A stretch of DNA of 64,000 nucleotides from contig OX597815.1 in assembly GCA_951406725.2 (NCBI GenBank), positions 26,536,001 to 26,600,000 of the forward strand, given 5' to 3'. Origin of the DNA: Octopus vulgaris. Lineage: Eukaryota. The position numbers were made by a program, and so were the translations under genes. Positions 11,732 to 25,900 of the stretch are shown here, piece by piece. Below the pieces are notes generated by a model. The model saw only the letters and a program-made list of their open reading frames with translations, did no database searches and was not told the DNA's origin. The first letter of the stretch is position 1, and every line of letters starts with the position of its first letter.

Positions 11732-12643
11732 TATAAAGTGGTGAACTGGCAGAATCGTTAGTATGCTTAGCGGCATTTCGTCCATATTTACGCCCCACCA
11801 CTCCGAAATTACTTGGCATGTGCCAAAACTTTAAACTATTATTTACTGTGGCATTTTGAAAAACAAAAAAAAAAAACTAAAAAGAAAATAGTAGACTTAT
11901 CATTAGAGCCGTGAACATTGCATCATTTTTTTTTTTTTTTTTCAAAATTGCATTGTATCCTTCCAGTTTAAAGACAGTAGGATGTTACTTAACCCAAGTA
12001 ATTTTCCGGCAGATCTAAACCGTGGTATGTTTTTAATGTCCGGTTAGAACTATTTCATTTCACTTACGAATCTAATAACGATTTCCCGTTCTTAAAAAAT
12101 TGTAAGCCCGTTATACCTATTAAAAAATTAACCCAATTCAGTTCACATTTTAACGATGCATATGCTGCTGAATAATAAATACACATCCTAACCTCTCTCT
12201 CACCATAAAATTTGTATCAGTTCACATTGAGGCAAGAGCTGTAAGTATGCAGCTCGTTTTATTCATTTCGCTTCCTTATATCGTTACACCACTAATGTCA
12301 TTACGGACGATATGTGATATAATTTTTCTGGCTTGTAAATCCGAGCTGTGCCTATTAATGAAATCAATACAGATGAAACTAGACACGCACACAACCATAC
12401 ACACACGCATGCGCACAGCTCAAACACACACATACACAAACACAAACACACACACACACATACCACTCACATGTGTGTGTATTTTACATATTGGGTGAAC
12501 AGCACTTAAATTCCCTATAAGAATAAAAGTTTTAGCGTTGCTTTGCATGGATGTTAGTTATAGTAGTCAAATTCGCAGTTACATCAATTTAGAACACGAC
12601 TAAAATTTAATTCGTTTATTTTATTGATTATAAGTATGTATAG

Positions 12644-12939
12644 ATTTTGTTGTGTCTGGGGAGAGTCATTTTCTTTTTGCGCCTTTAAAAAAAACACCCT
12701 CACGGGTAAAATTTCCACTTTTTCTTATTTTTATTTTCCTAAAATTTTCGTTGCGTCTTGCAATTTTAAGAAAATAAAAATTTTAGGAAAATAAAAATAA
12801 GAAACAAGTGGAAATTTTACCGGTGAGTGTGATACATTATAAGGCACAAAAAGAAAATGACTCTCCCCAGACACAACAGAATATGCTTCAACACACGAAC
12901 TCATATAAAGAATCTAGCAAACCAAATCCAAAAACGAAA
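12644..12939. mobile_element. Inverted-repeat insertion, probably a Penelope-like pseudo-LTR pair
   Basis: ~105-bp arms (12644-12748 vs ~12777-12882); 13-bp direct repeat TATGTATAGATTT at 12635 and 12940; hammerhead-like remnant in the spacer. Confidence 0.6.
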
Positions 12940-14895
12940 TATGTATAGATTTGTTGTTATTGATACTGTGGTTATTGTTAAACCGTTTAGTTCAGGATCA
13001 ACCCTGAGTGTCTAGTCTTGGCCATGCACCTTTCCTTAGAGTATATCAAAATTATGTTAGCCAATGTGCCCTTTCTTTTTCAAGACGGTAAGGTTTCACT
13101 TACTGGAGATTTACCTTCTAGTTTTGTTTTGAATTACAAGCAATGAAAACTGGAAAGTAGCAACTGTACAGGGTTTCCTAGTATATAAATGTTTCCTAGT
13201 CTATAAATGTCGCATTCTAATGACAGCCTTTAATTGTCGGTATCTGAACAACGTCACAACTACTCGATAAAAATTTAGCTTGCACTGCCTTCTATCCAAA
13301 TACATCTCGATTTGACAAATATGCAATGCGATTTCTTGTAAAATGGGATTTTGTAACGAATAATAAGAACATATATATTTTTTTTTAACTTTGTGACTAC
13401 AGAGTTGTATTTCAGCCCATATAACAATTGTATACTTGTTGACACCAAGAGATTCAGGGACATCACTCTAGATTTTTCTTATCTTACTCTCTTCATTTCA
13501 CTCTCTAGCACACAGTTTTGCTCTCTCAATGTGTATCTCTATGGCTTTATGTCTTTACGTCTTTCTCTGACGGAAATATAAGGCGAAAATAAAGGGGAGA
13601 TAATAGAGGAAATTTTTAAACATACATTTATTTGGTAATGTTAAGACTAAATTGAGGAAATACAATAAACTTTTATAAGCATCGAAATATCAAAGTACTG
13701 GGATATGAATAAATCTTAATAAAACTAAAGGTTAATTCATTGACTAGCTATAGCTGGTATTTACTTCACCTGTGCATACGGCACTATCCGAAAGTAACTT
13801 TCGTGATCACGACCGCACGCATACACACTTACATACACACAGACAGAAACACACACACTTACATACACACAGACAGAAACACACACACACACACACACGC
13901 ACAAACATTCAAAAGTACACGCCTGAATACACCCACACGTGCACTCACACACTAACGCACTTACAACCTACACGTACATTCTCATAGAAACCAACATCTG
14001 TCTTAAGTATGCACACACAGCCTATTGTTGTGTAGACGTAAGCTTTTCTACACCTATGTGTTTGTATATGTAAAATAAATAAATATTGACAGGGTTTTCC
14101 CCCACGAAGCAACACATCGCAGCCTGTTGGCTGGTTTATCTACGCTAAGCTGAATGGTTGGTTCTTCTAAAGCCATACATCCCCACCACACACACACACA
14201 CTGTTCCAACCTACTTTCCCACCAACTTGATCTTTGATGTCTACCCGACAGCTACTCGTTCAATATTTACCCGGCCTCTTTAGCATATATTATGATAACA
14301 ATATAGTTTTACCTCAACCCCGCCATTTTAAGGTTGAACCTCTACAGGTTAGCTTTCTACGGTTAGTTACTTAGATTTCTTTTTATGTTCTTTAGTAATT
14401 ATGGAAGCCGTGACAGTGTAACTGTGTGTGGCTGTTGTATACGTGTGAGGTTGTTATGTATGTTTATACCTGTTTTGTATATATGTGTCAGCGTGTTGTA
14501 TTGCAAACCTGGGAGCTATTCATTTAAAAAGTTATACGTATTTACACTTGTATACTTAAATCTTCTGTGTGTTACTTGGTATTGAATTATGTATATAAAT
14601 TTACATACGTATGTTTGCATGTACGTGTATATTTATTTATCTATGTACCAATGTATGTAAATGTATGTAAAAGGGAGTGGAATTAATGCGTAAACAGGAT
14701 AAATATTTTAAAGCGAGCGCTAAAATAATTATAAGGTAAATAGAGAGGTTAGTAACTTTTCAATGTGATAAGCAAACAAACACACGGAAAACGAAAAATA
14801 ATTTTAATAAACATTTGAAGTACTTTGTCATCAATTATGTGGTTGTGGTTATATATGCATATATACATATATATGTGTGTGAGTATAAATATATA

Positions 14896-14967
<72 letters not shown>

Positions 14968-14975
14968 TATATATC

Positions 14976-15280
14976 ATGACTGACCATGGGATTGCACCTA
15001 GAAAGTTACCCTCCCAGGCACAAGTCCGGGCAAGGTTGTTTATGCATAGCCCATGCATACCGGCCTCCCCTCTCCACGTCACCAGTGTTATCCAAGGGAA
15101 AAGAAAATGCCGATACAGCTTGGCACTTGTGACGTCGCAACTCATTTCTACAGGTTAGTGAACTGGAGCAACGTGAAATAAAGTGTCTTGCTCAAGAACA
15201 CAACGCGCATCCCGGTCTGAGATTCGAACTCACAACCTCACGATCGTAAGCTCGACGCTCTAACCACTGAGCTATGCGCT
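14976..15280 (-). mobile_element. tRNA-derived SINE family C
   Basis: Minus strand GCGCATAGCTCAGTGGTTAGAGCG...GAGTTCGAATCTC (A/B boxes), then GTTGTGTTCTTGAGCAAGACACTTTATTTCACGTTGCTCCAGTTCA; related heads at 19035(+), ~35800-35925(-), ~43990-44110(-) and ~51990-52097(-). Confidence 0.8.
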
Positions 15281-15849
15281 TTCAATATGCATATATATAT
15301 ATATGAAACAACAAAAATAATTCCGAATAATAGCTTTTGCCGATGCAGACCAACATCAGTGTTCCTTGGATTTTGTTCTATCGGATGCGCGCACACATCC
15401 AAATAAGCAAACAAACATACAACCCAGCGCGCTTGCCAGTTTGTAATTCTTGGTAGCTTTGAAACAACGTGATTTGGTAGGTAGCTGTCTTACTGTTTTA
15501 CTTAGTCCACCTACATAATTAAATAACATGTGTAATCAATAGTGGTGTTGCGGAGTAATCTGTATTCATTCTAGATAAACAGTGCTATGGATCTGAGGTG
15601 GACAAAATGGATGTTTAACCATGACCAACATTTCTTAAATCGGAGATAAGACTGTAACAGCCGAGCCAATTGTTTTTCGTTTTGCTATCTGTACAATAGC
15701 AAAGAATTAACCTGGAATGGAGCAGCGTAAGGTCTATATTGTGAAACTTATTAAGTGACTACATATTTTGATGCAAAATATCCACCTTTAAAAAACAAAA
15801 AGAAGTAAAATTCTTCGGATTAATTTGGAGGAAATGTTTAAGCCCAAAG

Positions 15850-16200
15850 CCTTCGTAGGCCCACCTAGACCAGAGAAATGGTAAAACAGTTGCAAGTAGT
15901 AACAGTAAAAACATGAGCTGGGAGGTATTCCAAAACAGCTGACATTCTGTAGAAAATAGCATGGACGAAATAGTTAACGTAGGATCTTTGAATGAGTACA
16001 GCATGAGTAACGGGAAAGTTGACATGGAGGGCCAATGTAAAGATGGTGCAAGAGGAACCAGCTCAAAGCATCTGAAACCATTGTAGTAGAAGTACAAAAG
16101 CTGAGAAGATTCGAGTTTTTTGGTGAGTAGCTTCCTGCCAATCAATCACGAGAAGTAGGTGCGTTTTTCGATATGGTAGGATGTCTGTATTTATACCAGT
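15850..16200 (-). pseudogene. CR1/Jockey-group LINE 3' ORF remnant
   Basis: LIGRKLLTKKLES..LLYFYYNGFRCFELVPLAP...LFWNT resembles the LFYRYYxGxCSxEL and LWNxLP motifs. Confidence 0.45.
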
Positions 16201-16815
16201 AGTATTGCCCAACATGTAGGAGCAGAATTTGTTTGTTAGTCTCCCTTAAATACAAGGTAACGTCTACTGAGACTAGCGATATTTCAAGTTCTATTTCAAA
16301 CCCTCCAAATGTTTCACTAATTATTCAGCTCGAGCAAATAGTTATTGCCTGTGATTCATCAAAAATTATATACCATTGTTTATATACTACTGATTGTTAA
16401 AACAGAGTTAATCGGGAATTATAACACATTTTATATTTAAATCTTAAATCTTAATATACTTAATCAGGACGAACCAGCAACCATAAGCGTCCGTATATAT
16501 GGTCACGAGACCTGCTAGAAATAACAGTTAAATGTCTACCAAGCTTACTGGCTTGAGAAAATTAAAAGCACATTAGATAATGCATGTTTTCTTCTTAGGG
16601 TGAACAACTAATGAGTTGAACTGAATATGTTCATGTGGGATCGAAAGCCAAATGAGTGGCAAATATGGACGTTTACACAACTGGAGTGTGGCGTACAGAA
16701 ACATGTTAGTTGAAGAGAGGAGTATTCGATGAAATAATGGCGAGTAAGAGAATTCTGCCAAGTAATGGGGGAAAGGAGCATTCGGAAAAATGTGGCTCGT
16801 AAGATTCATATAAAC

Positions 16816-17062
16816 TAGTGGTTCTCAGCCATTTATTCCCTATGGACCCCTTTGATTCCAATTCTAGTCGAGTAGACCCTCATAGCCATTCGATTTTTTT
16901 AAATATCCAGTTATATTTTTATAATTAAACATTATTTGGAATTTTATTTTTAAAAAAATGTAAAACGTTTTCTATATTGTAGAAGTATGACCAATTTATT
17001 GCATATAAATTTTAACTACAAAATGTTATATGGATCCCCAAGGGTCATGTTGAGAGCCACTG
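16816..17062. mobile_element. hAT (Charlie/MER5-like) MITE
   Basis: TIRs TAGTGGTTCTCAGC / GTTGAGAGCCACTG; perfect 8-bp TSD ATATAAAC at 16808-16815 and 17063-17070. Confidence 0.85.
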
Positions 17063-17838
17063 ATATAAACTTTATATTTTAAAAGACGAGAAATGAGCAT
17101 ATCTGGCCCATTGAGTGTTATCAAAAAGAGAAAATGGTTACAATTATGAGTAGAAACTAGCTTATGAATTCATAACCAGCTTAATTCACCATGCTTCAAA
17201 TTGCTTAAACTGCCAAAAGGCGTGTAGGAGGCTACATTTGATTTAATAAACCCAAATATATTACTGGTACATATTTTATCGATTCTGAAAAATTGAAAAG
17301 CGAATCTAATTCCATTGAGATTAGAGCTCAGAAAAAATGCAGACTACTTATGGTAAGATATACACAGCTCAGCGTTTGACTCTTTCTGCCATTTCTCTGT
17401 TCTCATAAATAACGTAATTGTTGAAATGACAAAGCTAGGGCATATTAATAATATTTCATAGATATTCACTAGAAAGTTACGTATTGTAAAGGGTATACTA
17501 CCAGGTTCACAAATGAAACTAAATTGCTTCTGTTTTATGAAAGTCTTTCATCTTTTAGCTTGATTATGCTTTTGGTTCATAATTGTATAGCGTTCAACAA
17601 TATTTGGCAATATTTGGCAAAAGCCAAAGGGAATGGATGCAGCCTAGTTTATTCAGCAGAGATATTGGATAGAGTATTATAAAGGGAAGGTTCTAGATGT
17701 GTACAAAAGACAGGATAAAGAAATTAAATATTCCTAACTAATATTTCAAACCAGAATAGAACAGCGTTGAATATGTCTTTGCATGTATGTGTGTGAGCGT
17801 ATACGAGTGTGTTGATGTGTGTGTGTGTGTGTGTGTAT

Positions 17839-17915
<77 letters not shown>

Positions 17916-18214
17916 TGTGTAAAAGTCGTGATGGTGTGGTGATTGCATTCTCCCTGTCATGGACGTTTGGATTGTACAAATTACAGAGTTAAAGAGAGCG
18001 TTCATTTCATTACCCTCAGTCATAAAGTGATTGTTGTTGTTCGTGTTGTTACCATTATTGCTATTGTTTTGCTAGATTGATTTTTACTTTCAGCTCATTT
18101 CCACATACACACGTACACAAACATACATGCACATAGACATCTGATAGTTTTATATGCATATATACATATACATACATACATACACATATATATATATATG
18201 TATGTGTGTGTATA

Positions 18215-18268
<54 letters not shown>

Positions 18269-18561
18269 GCACACTTAAATGCACAAATATGTGTGAATGT
18301 GTTCAGAGGGAAGGAAAAAATAATAAAGCCTGCAAGTGGCTCATGAGATTAAAGGACAGTGAGTGGGGGTGAAAAAGAATGAGAATAATTCAAAGACAAA
18401 ATAGAACACAAGAAAATGGAGGAAAGCATGAAGTGAACATAAGCACCACCATTTTTGACGGGTATGTGGCATGCACACACATATACATGCACACAGACAT
18501 ATATTCCTTTATAAATATATATACATAAATATATATGAATACAGATATATATGCATGTATT

Positions 18562-18604
<43 letters not shown>

Positions 18605-18794
18605 ACACGTGTGTGTACACGTGTGTGTGTCTGAATATGTATATATACTTATATATTTACAGTATATATGTATCTATTTCATCTCTTATCCTTTCTTCTA
18701 AACACATGTCCCACGATTTTATATGTATGTGTATATGTAAATATATATTATATATATATATATGTATGTGTAAATATATATATATATGTATTTG

Positions 18795-18837
<43 letters not shown>

Positions 18838-18932
18838 ATATAAATGTATATTTACTATATTTACACACACACACACATGCACACACACACACGCACACAC
18901 ACATGTATACATACATACATATATACATACAT

Positions 18933-19031
<99 letters not shown>

Positions 19032-19034
19032 AAA

Positions 19035-19152
19035 TGTGAGTGACCTAGCGGTTAAGCTATTGCACTCACGATCGCTAGAACGTGACGTGGGTTAGATTCC
19101 CGGGCCGAATGGCGCGTTATTTTCTTGATCAAAACACCTTCATTTCATGTTA
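19035..19152 (+). mobile_element. SINE family C head
   Basis: GTGACCTAGCGGTTAAG...CACGATCG...GTTAGATTCCCGGGCCG...TTCTTGATCAAAACAC. Confidence 0.55.
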
Positions 19153-19221
19153 CTTAGCGGGTGAAAGAGTGGCAGAATCTCTAACGCGTCGACAGAGATA
19201 CTTTACGGTACGTATATATAT

Positions 19222-19382
19222 ACGACAGGTTTCTTTCATTTTCCATCTGCCAAATCCACTCACAAGGCTTTGATCGGCCCGAGGCTATATTACAAGGCAC
19301 AAGCCCAAGGTGCCACGCACTGGGACTCAACCCAGAATTAAACGGTTGAAAAGCAAGCTTCTTACCACACAGCCACGCCTGC
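19222..19382 (-). mobile_element. SINE family A 5' half
   Basis: CCAAATCCACTCACAAGGCTTTG...CCCAAGGTGCCACGCAC...TTACCACACAGCCACGCCTGC. Confidence 0.85.
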
Positions 19383-19827
19383 GATACGCATGCATGTATG
19401 CATGCATACAAGGACAGAGTGAGAAAAAGTGAAATTGTGGGAAGAATAAAGAAAGAAAAAAATAAGGAAGACAAAGAACAGAATTTAAAATAAAGATACT
19501 AGTAATTCTAGAAAATATGGAAGGAAAAAAGTGGCAAATATTCCATCTTTTACACTCATATTTCAAGGAAGTTGAATACATTTCAGTGGACTTTATGCAT
19601 CAAATAAATCTGCCAGTTCCGGTGTAAGAACGCTGTAGCTGAATATCAGTTTACTCAAAGTCTTCGAATGGTGAAATAACAACCAGTATTTTAGTACGAT
19701 TCAACTTCATGTGCTTCCTTGAATGGTTTCCTAACGTTTTAAATGACTTAATCTTTTAAGACGACGCGCTTCCTACGGAATCACACATAAACAGATACAT
19801 AAGTGTATACGTGTATGAGTATGTGCC

Positions 19828-19847
19828 TATATATATATATGTATATT

Positions 19848-19924
<77 letters not shown>

Positions 19925-19939
19925 TTACATATGCATATT

Positions 19940-20029
<90 letters not shown>

Positions 20030-20033
20030 TATT

Positions 20034-20080
<47 letters not shown>
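19828..20080. repeat. Long interrupted (TA)n
   Basis: Seen directly; similar tracts at 14890-14975, 18720-19029, 31920-32114, 41250-41540 and 61485-61640. Confidence 0.95.
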
Positions 20081-20082
<2 letters not shown>

Positions 20083-20851
20083 ATGCATTTCTGTGTGCAC
20101 ACTATTCACTCATTTCATCTGTTTCTATTTTTGCTTCTATTTTGAATTATGAAATACGACTTGATTGACAGCATCATATAATCAACATCATACCCATCAT
20201 CATCATTGTCATCAGCATCATCATTATCATCGTAATCGCCATTGCAATCATCATCATTGTCATGATATCAATATCATATTCGTCATCAGCGTCATCTCCC
20301 TTATTACCACCTATTTTCTTATTGTTCACATATGCATCACCCATGACCACCACTTCGTCTATAGAATACACCCTGTTTCCTGTGTTAGCAACTTAAACGC
20401 GCGCGTTTGTGTGTGTTCGTATCTGTGTGTATCTGTTTGTTTATGTATATCTTTATTGCAGGGCCGAATCAAATCAGTGAGGAACCTGTAGCATATCTTA
20501 TACATCTTATAAAGACAACGTAGTTTTTTTGTTGTTTTTTTATAAATCGCGAATTAAAACTTCGCTCACTTTATTATTATTACCTTAAGGATCTAACACT
20601 ATATTTGAAAAGTTAGGCCGCTTGCACGGTGGAGGGACCGAATATTCGAAAGGAATACACGAGTTCGACTATTATTTTACCTAAAATTTAAGTTTTGGTT
20701 TTTATGTGTTATTGAGACATCTAGAAGGTTAACCCTGGAAGGTAACAGCTTAGAGAAATGACTGGGCCCTTCCTCAATAGATCAATTGATTTTATTTGGA
20801 CCAACGAAGCTTAAAAGCTACATTACCCAATTTCAGTAATATATAGCAATA

Positions 20852-21069
20852 CAGTAATCCCGCGCCATATCGCGGTTCACCTATCGCGGTTTATTATTTA
20901 AGCTTAAGTCGATTCCTTCGTGGTGTTGTTTTGCATTTATAATAAAATAAATATACAGAAATTATAAAAATAATTTTAAAAAATATACATTACTGCTTCT
21001 ACTTCGCGGATTTTCACCAATGGCGGGGTGTTTTGGAACATAACACCCGTGATAGTCGAGGGATTACTG
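20852..21069. mobile_element. Tc1/mariner-pogo (Tigger-like) MITE
   Basis: TIRs CAGTAATCCC / GGGATTACTG flanked by TA (20850-20851, 21070-21071); internal TCGCGG repeats. Confidence 0.8.
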
Positions 21070-21087
21070 TATTGCTTTGTCAACTAA

Positions 21088-21277
21088 GGCGGCAAGCTGG
21101 CAGAATCACTAGCATTTCGTCCATTTGCATGTTCTAGGTTCAAATTCCACCAAGATCGAGTTTGCCTTTCATCCTTTCGGGGTCAATAAAATAAGTACCA
21201 GTTGAACACTGGGGTCGATGTAATTGACTCATGCCCCTTCCTCGAAATTGCTGGCCTTGTATCGAAATTTGAAACCA
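21088..21277 (+). mobile_element. SINE family B
   Basis: GGCGGCAAGCTGGCAGAATC...GCCTTTCATCCTTTCGGGGTCAATAAAATAAGTACCAG...GAAATTTGAAACC. Confidence 0.85.
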
Positions 21278-21808
21278 ATATTACTTTGTCAACTCAAACA
21301 TTAAAGTTAAATACGCTCTCTTAATGTATAACACAAATAGAACGTAAATGTCTTTGCGCGGCTTAGCGTTGAAAATGGGACTGTATTAATTTAAACTTGA
21401 TATTTGTACTATCGCTTTGCTTAAAGACATAAAGTAGAAACTGTACGCGAAAAGAAATTTATTGTTTAAAAAGCCTAATTTGATTTAATGAGCTTGGTTA
21501 ACATTCCATTATCCATAATATATATAATAAATATATATTATATATATATTATAATATATAAATATATATAATAATTTGATTCGTTCAACTGATCTTATTA
21601 CAAAAAAGATAATAGACTCAATTATTGTATAGTGAATTTAATGCATCGAAATAGAGAAATAGAATGGCAAGTCTGTTAATTAGCATCCAACAAAAATTAA
21701 ATAAATTTGCGTATTTATCTCTGCCATCAATTTGATTATTGTAATTCGTTTAATATGGAAGTATTTTGAGTGTTGAATAAATCTTAAATACACCTAATCA
21801 TATATAAA

Positions 21809-22224
21809 AGTGGCTGTGTGGTAAGTAGCTTGCTAACCAACCACATGGTTCCGGGTTCAGTCTCACTGCGTGGCATCTTGGGCAAGTGTCTTCTGCTATA
21901 GCTCCGGGCCGACCAATGCCTTGTGAGTGGATTTGGTAGACGGAAACTGAAAGAAGCCTGTCGTATATATGTATATATATATATGTGTGTATGTGTGTTT
22001 GTGTGTGTGTGTGTGTTTGTTCCCCTAGCATTGCTTGACAACCGATGCTGGTGTGTTTACGTCCCCGTCACTTAGCGGCTCGGCAAAAGAGACCGATAGA
22101 ATAAGTACTGGGCTTACAAAGAATAAGTCCCGGGGTCGATTTGCTCGACTAAAGGCGGTGCTCCAGCATGGCCGCAGTCAAATGACTGAAACAAGTAAAA
22201 GAGTAAAAGAGAGAGAGTAAAGAG
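21809..22224 (+). mobile_element. SINE family A, full length, young
   Basis: Complete head, CORE-like segment, microsatellite and tail, ending in GTAAAAGAG repeats. Confidence 0.92.
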
Positions 22225-22639
22225 ATACAGCACAATTGTAATAAAACGAGGAGCGTCTAAAAATGCAGGGCCTGTGGTAGATACTACTGTTACTACAAGA
22301 TCAATCCAGCAATGGTTTGTTCTGATACCCCTTTTACCGAATCACAGCGATCCACATGACCTTGCTGGTCTTTCGTAAATAATTTTATTCGAATGGGAAA
22401 TTAAATTTGGTGCCGCGACCTAACGTTTCACTCGCCCCATCGTTAGTACTGCTGCCGCGGTTTGGACGTGTAGTCGTTCCTATCTTGTGGTGCCTATTTA
22501 AAGCTAGATAAACTAAAGCATTTAAAAGTCACGTGAGCCAATAGCAGACTTCAGTAGTGCCAAATACAGATAAAAAAATTGCCAACCTCTTGGTTGGTTT
22601 CCGCTATGCTATCCATCCCCCAACTTCCATCTGTGTTCT

Positions 22640-22830
22640 CCTTGTTGAAGCTGACAGAATTGTGAGCATTAACATTCTTAACATTCTGAGGTCATATATT
22701 ATCGAGGTCGACTTTACCTTTCATCCTTTCGGGATCAATAAATTAAATACCAATTAAGTACTGAGGTCGATATAATCGCCTAGCTCTCTCCCCGAACATT
22801 TAAAATCTTGTGTCTAAAGGAGGAAGTATT
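22640..22830 (+). mobile_element. SINE family B, decayed
   Basis: CGAGGTCGACTTTACCTTTCATCCTTTCGGGATCAATAAA. Confidence 0.7.
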
Positions 22831-23317
22831 ATTATTATTATTATTTGATCAAAACTCTCAGCTTATTTTGATGGGTACGATAAAATATGTCAGTTGTCTT
22901 CAGCTAGCAGACTAAGGTGACCCTTGTTTACTGGTCATTGTTCAAGAACCCTGGGATCTGTTCCTTTTGGCTCACAGATTGCTTGATTATATTTTTTAAC
23001 CAAGCAGTTTGAAACTTCGTATACTGGTGGAATATCTCACGTAGAACACGGTTTACTTTGAACATTTTTGGTAAAATTTTGTATTTTAGAAGTTATTTCG
23101 TGTTAAAGTTGTCGTATTTGGGTAATTTTAGCCAATCAACGACGTGTACTCAATTGAAGAAAGCTACTGCTGTTGGCACTAGTAATCGAAGAGGAACAAC
23201 TTCTGGGTCATGCCTGTGTTGCATATTTTCATGCTTTTGTTTTTTTGTGTTTTTTTTCTTTTTCTGAACAGATCCGAACCCTGTTAAGTTCCAAGCAATG
23301 TTGATTTTTGTAGGTGT

Positions 23318-23524
23318 TCAGCGAGCTGGCAGGGTCGTTAGTACGCTGGGCGAAATAGCGGTATTTCGCCCGTCGCTAAATTCTGAGTTCAAATTCTGCC
23401 GAGGTCGACTTTGCCTTTCATCCTTTCGGAGTTGATAAATTGAGTACCAGTGAAATACTGGGGTCGATGTAATTGACTAGTCCCTTCACCACAAATTTCA
23501 GGCCTTGTGCCTATAATAGAAAGG

Positions 23525-23525
<1 letters not shown>
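23318..23525 (+). mobile_element. SINE family B with AGGCCTTGTGCCTATAATAGAAAGG tail and (ATT)n
   Basis: Family body followed by (ATT)n at 23525-23593. Confidence 0.85.
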
Positions 23526-23593
<68 letters not shown>

Positions 23594-23972
23594 TCGATTC
23601 TCGCTGTTCTATTTGCGATTGTTGTTTACTTGAAAGCAGGCAATAACAAATCACCAAAGGTTTCAAGTAGTGCCTTCTCCTGTGACTCAAAGAGACAATA
23701 CTTTCCTTAGAATGCGAGCTGTACCCAACAATGCTGACTTCTGGATTACTTCGAGTATTATTGGGGTTGATGTTATCGACTAGCCCCTATCCAAATTTTC
23801 AGGCCTAGTGTCTATAGTAGTATAATGATCTGATGTTTTTATTTCGATATATATTTTTCTTTGATAAATAGCATGTACCTATAGCACACATACGCGCATG
23901 CACGGGAACACACACACTGTCACACACACACACATATACATATACACACATGCGTACGCATATATACACATG

Positions 23973-24022
<50 letters not shown>

Positions 24023-25689
24023 ATCTATCTATCTGTCTAAGTTATTTAATTTTGCCTCCTTTTTCAAAATTTTGTTTATTTGGTCAATTGATTGTTTCCC
24101 TTTTGAAGTTATTAAACCCATTTTGATAATCACTCAATACTTTTGGGTAGTTTATAATAGATTTTCCTTTAAATTTTTACGTCTTATTTATTTTACGTCA
24201 AACTTAAGTCTCGCTTTGAATGAGCAATGGCGCCCATTTTGTTTGTTTGTTAGTATCTATATTTTGCTTTGCACTTTTATTGTTTATTTATTTAGTTTTT
24301 GTTTCTCCCTTCATTTTTAATTTATTAACGATTCAGTTCATGTGATGTTCCTGTAGGAATAATCTGAGGTGGTGAATATTCATTTCCTTAACGATAAATA
24401 CGACTTAGATATTTCTTTTTTTTTTTTTTCTTTTTTTTTTCTCCTCACAAAGCGTTTCCTTAGAGATGCTAACTCTGAAAGATTAGCAACAATGCTAGCC
24501 TGTCAATTACGAAATATTTAAGCTTTAAAACAATACAGATGGACAATTCTTGTTAAATTACACAATATTAACGTTTTCGGCACGGCATATTCAATTTTTC
24601 ATCGTCACCACTTTTTCCCCGTGGCATCATCCATACGACGAAAAGTTTGATTAAATTTTATTAGAAAATTTATTTGACATGTTCTATACAAAGGTACAAA
24701 ATGTGTAGTACATTATTTTCGCAATTATTTATATTTTATATTTATTTACATATTTCCTGGCTTTGTTTTGTTTACTGACTATGAAATGTAGTTTAAATAT
24801 CCACTTATCTTCCAAATGAATATTCGAGATTCTTCATTGTGCTCTGATAAATTCCATTAAATTTCTAAAGAAAAATCTAAATTACCAGAAAGTTGAAGTA
24901 AATTTAAAATAATTTTGTAAATTGTTGAGAGAGTGTGAGTATGTGTATGTGTGGCCGGGGGCGGGGGCAATGTCTTTCTGTTTTCAAATCTTTCTAAATA
25001 ACTGCGCCTATATATCTTGATCGGCAGTTTAGACAGACTGGTTTTAATTCAACTTAATGTGACATTTCCCGAATAGATAAATTAATCCATAATTTGAAAC
25101 AATTTATATAAGACACACAAGCCTAAATATATCGTCAGATATTCAATTTATTAAGTGACAATAACGTTTCAACAAACGTATTCATGAAAATCGTACACAT
25201 ACATAAAATAACACGCACAGACTTTCTGACATAACGCAGTTGAATTTATATGTACGTGTGTGTATATGTATGTATATTTAGGTTTTAATATATTGATCTA
25301 GAGGTAGCTGTTAGTTGCACATATCAACAACGCACATATCGACAACATACATATTTCAGAAAAAGAGAGAGAGACTAATGGGGGTATCGAAGCAAGCCCA
25401 CCAAAACCAATCGCTAAAACTGGGTAACAGCACACTAATAAGAAAATTACAACTAGGGAAATCACATGGTTTAATCCTTCATACAATCTCCAAGTAAAAC
25501 TTGAATACTTAAAATATTCTCTCTACTTAAAACTAACTTCCAACCTTAGAATAAATACTAGCAAATATCTAATATGTATACTGTTAAGATAAGTTACTCT
25601 AACAGTCCTTACTTGTCCGACAGCATCTTAGGTACTAATGAATTCAAACTAAACAAAATTAAACTATCTGACGACCTAGGTCAACCAAT

Positions 25690-25900
25690 ACCTACTGACC
25701 AATCACTAAATGCCACCTGTTCATACAAGCAGTATATGTCCTCTGTTGGACTCGAATCCCTACAACAGGAACAACAATCAGACCAAATTAATGCTAGCCT
25801 GCCTAGTGGTCACTCACAGAATATCCAAACATTGGTTTCTCACACAGAACACTTCTACAGGTGATAGTCATCTAAACACTAACTATGGTCATATTTCAAA
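25690..25900 (+). pseudogene. Possible CR1-like LINE 3' remnant
   Basis: SYKQYMSSVGLESLQQ resembles SYxxRLxxLGLxSLExRR; heavily decayed. Confidence 0.3.

Noticed and set aside
15205-15280. tRNA-like sequence on the minus strand
   Set aside because: SINE-C head continuing into a SINE body; no acceptor-stem closure or Pol III terminator.
20459-20770. Possible hAT MITE with CAGGGCC...GGCCCT ends
   Set aside because: Termini short and decayed; no 8-bp TSD found.
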